A DNA stretch of 64,000 nt from Nitrospinales bacterium (GCA_965249625.1 OZ252246.1:1415085-1479084); one strand, 5' to 3'; shown: positions 18,028 through 28,300, numbered from the stretch's first letter. Notes: generated by a model from the sequence alone, not told the origin. A program made the numbers and translations.

Positions 18028-19890
18028 ATGACGAAACTTCTTTCATCTATCATCCTTATACTGGCTCTGGCCCAACAAACCTGGGCGACGCCCCAGCACG
18101 GGCTTTCGTTATATGGCCCTCAGGACCTGAAATACAAACCCGGACAGAATTACGAATACGCCAACCCCGATGCCCCCAAAGGCGGTAATCTTGTGCTATC
18201 TGATTTTGGCGCCTTCACCAAATTGAACCCGGCCTCGCTGAAAGGTGTGACCGCCCCCGATATCGAGCAGTTGGTCTTTCAATCTGCTATGGACAGTTCC
18301 ACTGATGACAACGAGGCTTTTTCCCTATACGGCAACCTGGTGGAAAAGGTCGAGCTGGCCAAAGACCGGCTCTCCATGACCTATACGATCTATAAACAGG
18401 CACGGTTTTCCGATGGACATCCACTGACCGCTGATGATTTTGTTTTCTCGTTCAACCTCATTAAAGATCCGGAATACCACCCCTTCTTTAAGGAATATTT
18501 CAAGGACATCAAGTCTATTGAAAAAATCGATACCCACACCGTCCGTTATCACTTCGCACTCTACAATCAGGAACTCCCATTGATAACGGGCCAGATGACA
18601 ATTTTTCCACAACATATTTATGGCGTGAAGGGAAAATCTTTCGGTGCAGATTTCGATGACATTGCCATCGCCAGTGGACCCTACACAGTCGAGAAATACG
18701 AATACGGCAAATACATTACGTTCAAGCGTGATCCAAATTGGTGGGGCGACGATGTCGCCATCAACCGGGGACGCTATAATTTTGACCGGGTCACTTACAG
18801 AATATACCTCGACCCGGTAGCCCAGCGGGAAGCGTTCAAGGGCGGTGAGTTCGACATGCAGCTGGTCAACAGTTCCCGCGACTGGGCCCTCGACTACAAA
18901 GGCGATTTTGTCAAAAAAGGGTACTACATCCGTGGCGAGTTTCCTCACACCCGCGTTGCTGGCATGCAGGGGTTCGCCATGAACATGAGGACTGAATTCT
19001 TCCAGTCCCGCAAAGTCCGAGCCGCCATCGCCATGGCTTTCGACTTCGAATGGAGTAATAAAAATCTGTTTTATGGACAATACACCCGGAACGAATGCTA
19101 TTTTGATAACAATCCTGAAATGAAAGCCCCGGGAATTGCCCAGGGTGAGGTCAAGTCCCTTCTCCTTGAGTTGCGGAAAAAGTATAAAAGCCATGTTCCC
19201 AAAACCGCAATCACCAAACCAGTAGGCGCACCGGGCCAAGGTCAGTCGGCCGCCAAAAATATCCGGGTCGCCAATGCTTTGCTGGATTCCGCCGGATGGG
19301 AAATCGGTTCCGATGGTATTCGCACAAAGGGCAGGCAGCGATTGGAGTTTGAACTTCTTTTGGCCGGGCCCGGGTTTCAGCGCATCGCCGAGCCCTATAA
19401 GAATAATTTAAAAAAGATCGGCGTACATCTGGATATCAAGGTCGTGCAGGTCGCCGAATATGAAGAACGCCTGCGCAATTTCAAATTCGGGATGATCGTG
19501 GCAAACTATTCCCAAAGCCGGTCGCCGGGAAATGAACAACGCTCCATGTGGGGAAGTGAAGCGGCAGAAACTCCCGGAACCAGAAACTATATGGGCATTA
19601 AAAATCCCGCACTCGATGAATTGATCGATGGGATCATCAAAGCAAAAACCCGCAAGGACCTGATCATTCATCTCCATGCCCTCGACCGGATTCTCACACA
19701 TCAGTTTTATATGGTCCCACATTGGTATATTGCCTATGACCGAGCAGTCTATTGGAACAAGTTCAGCCGCCCAAAAATTAATCCTTCACAAAGCTCTATA
19801 CTCAACAACCTCCTGCAATGGTGGTGGTGGGACGAGCAGAAAGCACAAAAACTGAAAGATGCACGGGCAACCGGGGCTTCCATTAATTAA
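18028..19890 (+). CDS. yejA: ABC transporter substrate-binding protein, family 5 (YejA-like)
   Basis: Signal peptide and a ~600-aa SBP_bac_5-type sequence. It belongs with the yejB/E/F-like genes downstream. Confidence 0.8.
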   Translation: MTKLLSSIILILALAQQTWATPQHGLSLYGPQDLKYKPGQNYEYANPDAPKGGNLVLSDFGAFTKLNPASLKGVTAPDIEQLVFQSAMDSSTDDNEAFSLYGNLVEKVELAKDRLSMTYTIYKQARFSDGHPLTADDFVFSFNLIKDPEYHPFFKEYFKDIKSIEKIDTHTVRYHFALYNQELPLITGQMTIFPQHIYGVKGKSFGADFDDIAIASGPYTVEKYEYGKYITFKRDPNWWGDDVAINRGRYNFDRVTYRIYLDPVAQREAFKGGEFDMQLVNSSRDWALDYKGDFVKKGYYIRGEFPHTRVAGMQGFAMNMRTEFFQSRKVRAAIAMAFDFEWSNKNLFYGQYTRNECYFDNNPEMKAPGIAQGEVKSLLLELRKKYKSHVPKTAITKPVGAPGQGQSAAKNIRVANALLDSAGWEIGSDGIRTKGRQRLEFELLLAGPGFQRIAEPYKNNLKKIGVHLDIKVVQVAEYEERLRNFKFGMIVANYSQSRSPGNEQRSMWGSEAAETPGTRNYMGIKNPALDELIDGIIKAKTRKDLIIHLHALDRILTHQFYMVPHWYIAYDRAVYWNKFSRPKINPSQSSILNNLLQWWWWDEQKAQKLKDARATGASIN

Positions 19891-20027
19891 ACCTGAGACA
19901 CATTTAATGGTCACTCAGAAGATTGAAGATCATTATGTCGGCCTATTACAGGAATGTATGCACCCAGCAAATATGTATTCTCAAGTGTAAATGTCTTGCT
20001 TTCATCGCCATATCTCAACAAACTCAG

Positions 20028-20542
20028 TTATTCAACTTCCCACCATTTACCATCTTCTTTTAGTTCAACATTTTTAAAAAAATCTGGAAACTGATCGGTT
20101 TCAAAGGAGTGGATATCAGGATTGAATAAGCACCGTAAGCTGAATGGTCTACGAGATAGGGCATGATATCAAAAGGTCCAATTTCTATGGTTTCCTTGTC
20201 TTTCATTATGAATGGTTTTTTTGAAATCAGCACCAGAAGGAGTGAAAAAGGTGGCTGATCGCAAAATATTGTGGGCCGCCTCCCCTATGATTACGGGGAT
20301 TTGCGGAGGAAGAAACCGGGCCAGACCAAAATGATCCTGATGAGGATGAGATATCAATGCGGCAAGCAGGGTGTCATCCGGATTAGCGAATCCTTTAACG
20401 TCAGGCAGAAGGGATTTGGCATCCACATCTCTGTCCGTATTCAAAGGCAACCCTCATCTAAAACTATGCGTTGGCCAGCAGATTCAATTTCAATGCAAGT
20501 GCCGCCAATCTCCTGTGTCCCACGATGAATGCAAACTTTCAT
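20028..20542 (-). pseudogene. MBL-fold metallo-hydrolase, multiply frameshifted and internally deleted
   Basis: MKVCIHRGTQEIGGTCIEIESAGQRIVLDEG, then (frame 2) ..ALISHPHQDHFGLARFL.., then (frame 3) KETIEIGPFDIMPYLVDHSAYGAYSILI. The tail is short. Confidence 0.65.
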
Positions 20543-20548
20543 ATGGTT

Positions 20549-21397
20549 TTAGTAGTTCCATTGAACAGTAGCTCGGTTATCGAGTGCTTCCAGCAATTCC
20601 TTGCCTTCGCAGGGCCAAATAAATGAATTAGGAAAACTGGTGAAAGAAAAATCCATTTCAATTTTGCTGTCAAACTTTGAGACAAGTAAATTTTTAAGCC
20701 CTTTATTTAGTTCCTCTTCAAGCCAAGCCAATGAACATCTAGAATAATAATTTTGGGGAGCAAGGGTTTGCAGGTATATAACTTTTGCACTTAAAATCTC
20801 TTTATCGTTAATGCATGCTCCTGAATAAAACTCAGTTGACAACAAATAAATCAATCCATTGATAACAATTTCAAATGCGGCAAACATTGGAGTATCGCTT
20901 TCTACTTTTAATTCAATAAACTCAAATTTTCGTGACCCAAGTCGGTGAACAAGGTCGATGTTTCTTGATTTATCGCTCGCGCTACTCACCAAGCCAGATG
21001 GTGTTGGGACCTGATTCACCCAGTCTGGAGATGGGAGTTTTGCAATAGCTTTTTCGAGAGTTTTTTCTTTACTTTTATTATGTTTTGCAATGTTGAGAAT
21101 TTTCTTGAATCTCCAATTTTCAGTAGAGGGCCCAAGAGAATGAAAACGATTACCTCGGTCTTTAAAATTTTTTACTAGCCGCTCATAGACTTGGAGAATT
21201 ACTGAATCTGCATCAAAACTAGCAGGAGTGCTTTTTAAACTCAAACAGCTTCTCTTGTGCTTAAAGTGAGGAGCTTTTCCAATATGAGATAAATTAAGTG
21301 CCTCATCTATAATCTCTATAACACCGTCCGTTATGCTTGCCGCCATTGTTCCCTCCATAAAATAGTCAACCCTTGATTTTGTCTTCGTCCATTTCAT
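20549..21397 (-). CDS. hypothetical protein with a possible PD-(D/E)xK nuclease core
   Basis: 282-aa ORF in an AT-rich island. NIDLVHRLGSRKFEFIELK fits the D...(D/E)xK spacing. The true start may be an internal Met (MEGTMAAS). Confidence 0.55.
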   Translation of the reverse strand: MKWTKTKSRVDYFMEGTMAASITDGVIEIIDEALNLSHIGKAPHFKHKRSCLSLKSTPASFDADSVILQVYERLVKNFKDRGNRFHSLGPSTENWRFKKILNIAKHNKSKEKTLEKAIAKLPSPDWVNQVPTPSGLVSSASDKSRNIDLVHRLGSRKFEFIELKVESDTPMFAAFEIVINGLIYLLSTEFYSGACINDKEILSAKVIYLQTLAPQNYYSRCSLAWLEEELNKGLKNLLVSKFDSKIEMDFSFTSFPNSFIWPCEGKELLEALDNRATVQWNY

Positions 21398-21434
21398 TCT
21401 TTTTCTTGTTAAGATAGTAATAGTATATTTGGAA

Positions 21435-21596
21435 CGGAGAATGCTCTTTATACTTCTCTCTTTGATGAGAGTTATAAAACATCGGAGAATTGTGCTTTTC
21501 TACTTGATAAGAGTTATTATATCTCGGTGAGTGTTTATACTTTTCTTTCTGATAACTATTATACGCAGACTGTGAGTTGTATTTCTCTCTTTATGC
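21435..21596. repeat. tandem repeat, about 3.5 units of 48/42/45 bp
   Basis: Units begin at 21435, 21483, 21525 and 21570 (cggagaatg.., cggagaatt.., cggtgagtg.., ctgtgagtt..). Confidence 0.8.
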
Positions 21597-21705
21597 AACC
21601 TTAAGACATGAAAGCTGTTGCTATCCGTTTATAATAGGTTTGATTTTGGAATAACCAGATAATGACAAACGAATTCGCTTTCCCTGTCACTGACCCCAAA
21701 CACAT

Positions 21706-22845
21706 ATGACCGCTTACATCATACGCCGGCTTCTATTGATGCTTCCCACTCTGATCGGGATCGTCACCATCACCTTTATCGCCACGCAATTCGTTCCTGG
21801 GGGTCCGATTGACCAGATAAAATCGCTTTTAAGGGGCCACGCTGGCACCCTGACCGAGGCAGGCGGCGGAGCTATGACAAACTCCGGGAAAAAATTCGGC
21901 GAGATAGACCCCAAGCATATGGAGCAATTAAAAAAAATCTATCATCTCGACCGGCCGCTCTGGGAAAGATATCTGCGCACCTTTTTATGGTACTCACCGC
22001 AAAATAAAAATGCCCCCTTGGTTGAGAGTTTTTTCAACCGTGACAACTGGGAAGGGTTTCTTGTCTTTAAATTCGGTAACTCGTTTTACCGCAATAAATC
22101 CGTTCTTGAACTCATCAAGGAAAAGTTGCCGGTTTCCGCATCGCTGGGTGTCACCAGCTTTTTTTTGACCTACACCATCTGCATCATTCTGGGCATCGCC
22201 AAAGCCGTGAAGCATGGAACCCGTTTTGACACCGCGACCAGTTTAATCGTACTCATCGGTTATAGTGTCCCTGGATTTGTTCTGGCAATATTTATCATTG
22301 TCCTGTTTGGTCCGGGAGATGCAGCCGTTGCCCATCTTGTACCGATCTCCGGCTTGACATCGGCGGGAACTCCCGGTTATGAGTCGTGGACGGCCTGGGA
22401 GAAGCTGACCGATTACCTCCATCATCTGGCCGCCCCTTTGTTGTGCTACGTACTCGGTGGATTCGCCACGCTGACCCTGTTGACCAAAAACGCTTTCCTG
22501 GAAGAAATGCGCAAACAATATGTGTTGACGGCCCGAGCCAAAGGCCTGCCGGAAAAGCGCGTCCTGTTCAAACATGTGCTGAAAAATTCGCTCATTCCAC
22601 TGGTGACAGGATTCCCTATTGCCTTTCTCGCCATGTTTTTCTCCGGTTCGTTATTGCTGGAACAAATTTTTACTTTGGACGGACTGGGGCTTCTTTCCTA
22701 CCAGGCGGTGATCCAGAGAGATTACCCCATTGTCCTCGGCACTCTGTTTGTTTTCTCACTCATGGCACTGGTCGGCCAGTTGTTGACCGACCTGTCTTAC
22801 GTTTTAATTGATAGAAGAATTTCTTTCGATGAGTCCCAGGGCTGA
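21706..22845 (+). CDS. yejB: ABC transporter permease (YejB-like)
   Basis: BPD_transp_1 permease with the EAA-like loop (ARAKGL.E..V..KH.LKN). Confidence 0.85.
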   Translation: MTAYIIRRLLLMLPTLIGIVTITFIATQFVPGGPIDQIKSLLRGHAGTLTEAGGGAMTNSGKKFGEIDPKHMEQLKKIYHLDRPLWERYLRTFLWYSPQNKNAPLVESFFNRDNWEGFLVFKFGNSFYRNKSVLELIKEKLPVSASLGVTSFFLTYTICIILGIAKAVKHGTRFDTATSLIVLIGYSVPGFVLAIFIIVLFGPGDAAVAHLVPISGLTSAGTPGYESWTAWEKLTDYLHHLAAPLLCYVLGGFATLTLLTKNAFLEEMRKQYVLTARAKGLPEKRVLFKHVLKNSLIPLVTGFPIAFLAMFFSGSLLLEQIFTLDGLGLLSYQAVIQRDYPIVLGTLFVFSLMALVGQLLTDLSYVLIDRRISFDESQG

Positions 22846-22847
22846 AC

Positions 22848-24110
22848 ATGCTGAAATTGGATAAAGAACTGAAAGTTAAAATAGAGGTCTACAAAAAAGA
22901 CAAGCGGGCCTATTACAGCTTTTTGATCCTGGCTTTTCTTTTTTTAACGACCCTGCCAGCCGAACTGGTCTGTAATGTGCGTCCGCTTGTGATCGTTGTG
23001 GAAGGGAAACCTTATTTTCCCATCTTCTTCACCTACAGCGAAAAAGATTTTGGCAGTGTCCTGCCGAGCGAACCGGATTATAAGTCCGCCCGGTTCCAAA
23101 GGATTTTAAACGGGGTGCCTGAGGCACCTTCGACGCCGACAGAAGAAAAGAACTCTTTCGGCTTGCAATTGGATGATTTCGAAGAAGAGGGTTCGGAACC
23201 GGCATTTAGCATCGGGCTTGATGATTTTGATGACAGTGAAGATTCTGTTGACCCGCCTGCCCCTGCTGCCGAAGTCGCACTTTCTCTCTCGCCCAGAGAC
23301 TACTGGGTATTCTGGCCGCCGGTGCGTTACGACTACAAATATATTCCGACCGAATCAAAGACCGGCAATGTTGTGCTGGCCGCTCCCTACCGCACTCCCG
23401 CCCGTACTGGTGAAGGGTTCATCGAGTCTTCGTGGGAAGACGGGCATTACCTCGGCACCGACGACCGGGGCCGGGACGTGCTGGCGCGTTTGTTTTATGG
23501 CTTCCGCATTTCAATGCTCTTTGGGGCTTCGCTGGCAATCACCGGCACCCTGATCGGATGCCTGATTGGAGGAACTCAAGGGTTTCTGGGGGGTTGGGTC
23601 GACCTTGTCGGCCAGCGGTTGACGGAAATCTGGGGGTCCATACCGCGCCTCTATATTTTAATAATTTTGAGTTCCTTTCTGGTTCCTTCGGCATTACTAC
23701 TGTTTCTGATTTTAAATCTCACCGCATGGATGGGAATTGCCGCCTATATTCGTGCGGAATTTTTAAAAGTCCGCAACTTTGAATTTGTCAAAGCGGCTAA
23801 AGGGCTGGGAGTTTCCAATTTCACCATCATGCGCCGACATATCCTGCCTAACGCCTTAACTCCCGTGGTCACATTTTTTCCCTTTGAAGTCACAGCAGGA
23901 ATTCTCGCCCTGGTGAGTCTGGACTACCTGAACCTGGGGGTACCCAGTCCCGCACCCAGCATAGGCGAACTGCTGGCGCAGGGGAAGAACAACCTTCAGG
24001 CATTATGGATATTACTGCCCACCTTCGCGTCGCTCACTTTGACGATCACATTATTAACTTTTGTTGGGGAGGGTATTCGCAATGCCTTCGACCCAAGAAA
24101 GACCTTATGA
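22848..24110 (+). CDS. yejE: ABC transporter permease (YejE-like) with a long acidic N-terminal extension
   Basis: The permease core has AAKGLGVSNFTIMRRHILPN. The N-terminal ~190 aa is an extension, as in YejE-type proteins. Confidence 0.85.
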   Translation: MLKLDKELKVKIEVYKKDKRAYYSFLILAFLFLTTLPAELVCNVRPLVIVVEGKPYFPIFFTYSEKDFGSVLPSEPDYKSARFQRILNGVPEAPSTPTEEKNSFGLQLDDFEEEGSEPAFSIGLDDFDDSEDSVDPPAPAAEVALSLSPRDYWVFWPPVRYDYKYIPTESKTGNVVLAAPYRTPARTGEGFIESSWEDGHYLGTDDRGRDVLARLFYGFRISMLFGASLAITGTLIGCLIGGTQGFLGGWVDLVGQRLTEIWGSIPRLYILIILSSFLVPSALLLFLILNLTAWMGIAAYIRAEFLKVRNFEFVKAAKGLGVSNFTIMRRHILPNALTPVVTFFPFEVTAGILALVSLDYLNLGVPSPAPSIGELLAQGKNNLQALWILLPTFASLTLTITLLTFVGEGIRNAFDPRKTL

Positions 24111-24221
24111 GGACTATCAAAAAATGCCAGCCTTTCAAAATTCAGAAAAATTAAAACATCAGTTTTTTGAGATAATTTTTCTGGGATTTCTTTCCGTTAA
24201 TACTTTTTCAACGTACCCCTA

Positions 24222-26252
24222 ATGTTGTTATCAGTAAAAAATCTAGCCACCCATTTCCATGCCGGGCCCGGGAAAATTGCCCGGGCGGTGGATGGCATCT
24301 CTTTTGATCTTGAGCAGGGCAAAACCCTGGCTCTGGTGGGGGAATCCGGTTGCGGCAAAACCCAGACCGCGTTTTCGATCATGCGGCTGATTGCCGAGAA
24401 CGGTTACCATCCAACGGGAGAGATCCACTTTCAAGGACAAAACCTGTTCGGGCTAAACCCTGAAGAAATGCGAGGCCTGAGAGGGAATGACATCGCCATG
24501 ATTTTTCAGGAACCGATGACTTCTCTCAATCCCTTGTTCCGCATCGGTGACCAGTTGGAAGAGCCTTTAAAGCAACATTTGAAAGTTGCAAAAGGGGACT
24601 CCCGAAAACGGGCTCTGGAGCTTCTCGAACGAGTAGGAATTCCCGATCCTCATAAACGCATTGATGATTTTCCACACCAGCTTTCAGGAGGCATGAAGCA
24701 GAGGGTTATGATCGCCATGTCCCTGGCTTGTGAGCCAAAACTGCTCATCGCCGATGAACCCACCACCGCTCTCGATGTCACTATTCAGGCGCAGGTGTTA
24801 AGCCTGATGAGCGATTTGCAGAATCAAACCGGGATGGCGATTTTGTTGATCACCCACGACATGGGCATCGTCAATCAGATGGCCGACGATTTGTGCATCA
24901 TGTACGGAGGCCGGGTGGCAGAGTATGGAAGCCGGGAGCAAATCTTTAACAATATGACCCACCCCTACACGCAAAGGCTTTTCAGTTCCATTCCCAAACT
25001 TGAGAAAAGCGATACTTTGCTGGACACTATTCCCGGCCTGGTTCCTTCCGCCACCGAGTATGGAGAAGGATGCAGGTTTGCTGACCGCTGTTCCGAAGTC
25101 ATGGACATTTGCCATGAACGGGAAAGCAAAGTGCATCACATCACCGGCAACCATAAAACGGTTTGTCACTTAATGGAAAAAGGAGAGGGCAGTGCCCGCA
25201 AGCAAAGCAGAACAACCGACCCTATACCGGTTCGCAAACTTGAGAACACGCCGCTTATCAAGATGCGTAATTTAAAAACCCATTTCCCTGTCCGCAAGGG
25301 AGTGTTTCTGCGCATCGTCGACCATATCCGGGCAGTAGACGATATTAACCTGGATATTCCCAAAGGCGCAACCGTGGCTCTGGTGGGAGAATCCGGTTGC
25401 GGAAAAACCACCCTGGGTGAATCCATTTTGCAATTGGTTCCCGACGCGCGTGGAGAAGTCTTCTTCGGCGATCAAAATATCATGAACCTGAAAGGCGAAG
25501 CTTTGAAACAATTTCGCAGGCATATGCAGATTGTGTTCCAGGACCCTTTCGGTTCCCTGCAACCTCGCATGACCATCGAAAGAATTGTTGGCGAAGGACT
25601 GGAGGTTCACCAGCCCTTGCTTTCACCGGATGAACGGTCTCAAAAAATTTCCCGGGTTTTAGAGGAGGTGGGATTGAGTTCATCCATTCTGGAACGCTAC
25701 CCGCATGAGTTTTCCGGCGGCCAGCGGCAACGCATCGCCATTGCACGCGCTTTAATTCTGGAACCGGAGTTTCTGGTGCTGGATGAACCCACAAGCGCTT
25801 TGGATGTATCAGTGCAGGCCCAGGTTCTCAACCTGCTTAAAGAATTACAATCACGACATACACTTACCTATCTATTCATCAGCCATAATTTAAGCGTCGT
25901 GCGCTATATGGCAGACACGGTAGCCATCATGTATCTGGGAAGAATTGTGGAGCAGGCGCCTGTAGAAGAACTCTTCATGAATCCCCGTCACCCATATACA
26001 AAATCGCTTCTCGAGTCGGTACCCGATCTGGAAATCCGCAAACCTTTCAAGCCCTTGGTGGGGGATGTGCCCTCCCCTCTTAATCCACCATCAGGCTGCC
26101 ATTTTCATCCTCGGTGTCCCATTTATCTGAATGAGGAACAGGGTTCTGCATTGGCAAAAAACTGCACCGGCCAATATCCTGAAAAGATGGGGGGAAACCA
26201 CTCGTTCGTTTCCTGCCACCATGCCGCGCCCTCCGCGATAACCCGGGAATAA
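24222..26252 (+). CDS. yejF: fused double ATP-binding-cassette protein (YejF-like)
   Basis: Two complete cassettes: GESGCGKT twice, LSGGMKQR and FSGGQRQR, and two Walker B motifs. Confidence 0.9.
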   Translation: MLLSVKNLATHFHAGPGKIARAVDGISFDLEQGKTLALVGESGCGKTQTAFSIMRLIAENGYHPTGEIHFQGQNLFGLNPEEMRGLRGNDIAMIFQEPMTSLNPLFRIGDQLEEPLKQHLKVAKGDSRKRALELLERVGIPDPHKRIDDFPHQLSGGMKQRVMIAMSLACEPKLLIADEPTTALDVTIQAQVLSLMSDLQNQTGMAILLITHDMGIVNQMADDLCIMYGGRVAEYGSREQIFNNMTHPYTQRLFSSIPKLEKSDTLLDTIPGLVPSATEYGEGCRFADRCSEVMDICHERESKVHHITGNHKTVCHLMEKGEGSARKQSRTTDPIPVRKLENTPLIKMRNLKTHFPVRKGVFLRIVDHIRAVDDINLDIPKGATVALVGESGCGKTTLGESILQLVPDARGEVFFGDQNIMNLKGEALKQFRRHMQIVFQDPFGSLQPRMTIERIVGEGLEVHQPLLSPDERSQKISRVLEEVGLSSSILERYPHEFSGGQRQRIAIARALILEPEFLVLDEPTSALDVSVQAQVLNLLKELQSRHTLTYLFISHNLSVVRYMADTVAIMYLGRIVEQAPVEELFMNPRHPYTKSLLESVPDLEIRKPFKPLVGDVPSPLNPPSGCHFHPRCPIYLNEEQGSALAKNCTGQYPEKMGGNHSFVSCHHAAPSAITRE

Positions 26253-26287
26253 AAACCTGCAAGAATTTCTCCCGCAGCTTTTTGCTA

Positions 26288-26481
26288 TGCAAGGCGAGAT
26301 TACCCCTTCGGGGCACGAAGTTTAAGGAAAAATATCACGTCTTCGTCACGTTGTTCCTCAGAATGACAAACCGGCGTTTCTTGTCATTCTGAATGATTGC
26401 ATTGTCATTCCGAATGCTTCGGCTTCGCTCAGCACAGGCTCCGTGAAGCATCTCGCTTTTCTGTTTTTTTTCGACTTACGC
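26288..26481. repeat. modular hairpin-repeat block (MITE-like interior without intact TIRs)
   Basis: Contains the same modules as the MITEs: gagattaccccttcggggcacgaag, gtcattctgaatgcttcggcttcgctcagcacaggctccgtgaag and ..cgacttacgc. Confidence 0.7.
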
Positions 26482-26597
26482 TGAAAAAGAGGCGGAAGCA
26501 AAAATCCCCCCTCCCTTCATAGGGAAGGGCCAGGGGAGGGTTGGATTATGAATTCCGTAAAAATAATCCACACCCCTCCAGACCTCCCCTCATGAGA

Positions 26598-27770
26598 GAG
26601 ACCTTTGCATAAGAGGGTATTTCAGTAATTTTTATTAAACGGTGTTGAAGTTGAGAGTGAAACGCTATTGTTTGAGTAATCTTCTTTGAGGCATATAGTT
26701 TTTATTGCTATTCGCTTTGCCGTTTTCCATGTTCCCCCGGCGCTTTCCTCTCTCAAGCCAGAGTTTCCCGTGTTCGCGCTAAAACAAGACATTGTTTTAT
26801 ATTCATGGCCATGCAAACCAGGGTGATTTGAACCGCTGTCCGCGTCAACCCGATATAGCGTGCCCTGCGCAACCGGTAATGGTTCTTAAGGATACCGAAG
26901 ACATGTTCTACGGGAGCGCGTAATTTAGTCATGCGTTTGTTGAATGCGGTCTGAGCAGGTTTCAGGGGATGATACTGATTGGGCCGATGCATGATGCCAA
27001 CAAAAATACCGCGTTCCTGAAGTTCCTTGCGCCGGGAGTGTTTGTCATAAGCCTTGTCCGCGTAAACCGCTTTCTCATCACCCATCACCAGGTCATCGGC
27101 CGGTGTCGTGTCATTGACATTGGCCGGGGTGATGATCACACGGCGAACCAATCCAGACTTCCGATCTACTGCCGTATGCATCTTGTAACCGCAGACATTG
27201 TCTTTTTTGCGGGAACCATAAGTCCCCGCCTCAGGGTCTACCGCTTTTTTCGGACTGGAAGAGCGAACAAACGATGCGTCCAGCATCGTTCCCTGTTTGA
27301 TCACAAAGCCCTGCGATTCAAACTGGGTATTTAACGAGGACAATAACTTGTCGTAACGGTCTCCCAGTTGAGAACGAAACCGGCTGATCGTCGAATGATC
27401 GGGAACCGCATCGGACAAACTCAAACCCGCAAAACGGCGAAAGCTGATCCGGTCCGACAACGCTTCTTCCATGCCAGGATCGGAAAGGTTGTACCATTGT
27501 TGCAGCAAAAGGGTTTTGAATAAAAGAACCAGCGGATAAGACGGGCGGCCCGTATTGCAGCTATAAATCCCTGACAACTCCTTTTCCAGAAGGCTGAAGT
27601 CCAAAACCTTATCCACTTCTGAAAGAAAATTCGTTGCCCCGTTCACCAAATCATCCGCGAAGCTTAACTGACCCAGTTGCTTTTGCACTCCCATTCCTCC
27701 AGCAATCGTTAAAAAAATACCTCAACGCATTATAACCTGTCTCCAAATGCTATACTTATGCAAAGGTCTC
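26598..27770 (-). mobile_element. IS5-family insertion sequence (1173 bp)
   Basis: Perfect 16-bp TIRs GAGACCTTTGCATAAG, a single DDE transposase ORF, and flanking 9-mers CTCATGAGA / CTTATCAGA (7 of 9 identical). Confidence 0.9.
26753..27694 (-). CDS. IS5-family DDE transposase
   Basis: GRPSYPLVLLFKTLLLQQWYNLSDPGMEEALSDRISFRRFAGL N-terminal region and DDE_Tnp_1 core (..ADKAYD..). Confidence 0.92.
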   Translation of the reverse strand: MGVQKQLGQLSFADDLVNGATNFLSEVDKVLDFSLLEKELSGIYSCNTGRPSYPLVLLFKTLLLQQWYNLSDPGMEEALSDRISFRRFAGLSLSDAVPDHSTISRFRSQLGDRYDKLLSSLNTQFESQGFVIKQGTMLDASFVRSSSPKKAVDPEAGTYGSRKKDNVCGYKMHTAVDRKSGLVRRVIITPANVNDTTPADDLVMGDEKAVYADKAYDKHSRRKELQERGIFVGIMHRPNQYHPLKPAQTAFNKRMTKLRAPVEHVFGILKNHYRLRRARYIGLTRTAVQITLVCMAMNIKQCLVLARTRETLA

Positions 27771-28300
27771 CTTATCAGAGGGGAGGATCAATGAGAATCC
27801 CCAGGTTAGTGCAAGGCGAGATTCTTCATCGCGTGCGCTCTTCAGAATGACAAACCGGCGTTTCTTGTCATTCTGAACGCAGTGAAGAATCTCGCTTTTC
27901 TTGTCATTCGTAGGAGAGATCCTTCGGCTCCCTAAAGGGACGTGCCAGGCCTTAGGCTCCTCGAGGATGACAAACCGGCGTTTCTTGTCATTCTGAATGC
28001 TTCGGCTTCGCTCAGCACAGGCTCCGTGAAGACGTGATATTTTTCCTTAAACTTCGTGCCCCGAAGGGGTAATCCGGGGTTATGCAAAGGTCTCCCTGAC
28101 AAGGAGGATTGAGGGGGTTTGCTTAGATTGTCATTGCGGACGTAGTGAAGCAATCCAGAACCTGGATCGCCACGCTCCTTGCAGTCGCTCGCGATGACGG
28201 GAGTCGGGACTGCTAAGTCATTTTCCTGACTTCAGAAATTGGTAAGTGGGTATAGGTAATTGTCATTCTGAACGCAGTGAAGAATCCCCAAGCCTATGCA
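27771..28300. repeat. thicket of modular hairpin repeats ending in a solo MITE terminus (28080-28094)
   Basis: Repeated gtcattctgaa[cgcagt/tgcttc]...gaagaatctc and gagattcttc...cagaatgac arms, plus a cattgcggacgtagtgaagcaatccag module. Confidence 0.75.

Noticed and set aside
18325-19239. 304-aa minus-strand ORF
   Set aside because: It lies entirely inside the well-supported yejA-like substrate-binding gene and is antisense to it. Its composition is low-complexity and stop-poor.
22848-23420. Acidic repeat-like N-terminal extension of the YejE-like permease as a separate gene or domain
   Set aside because: It is continuous with the permease in one frame. Extended N-termini are normal for YejE-type proteins, and I saw nothing independent in it.
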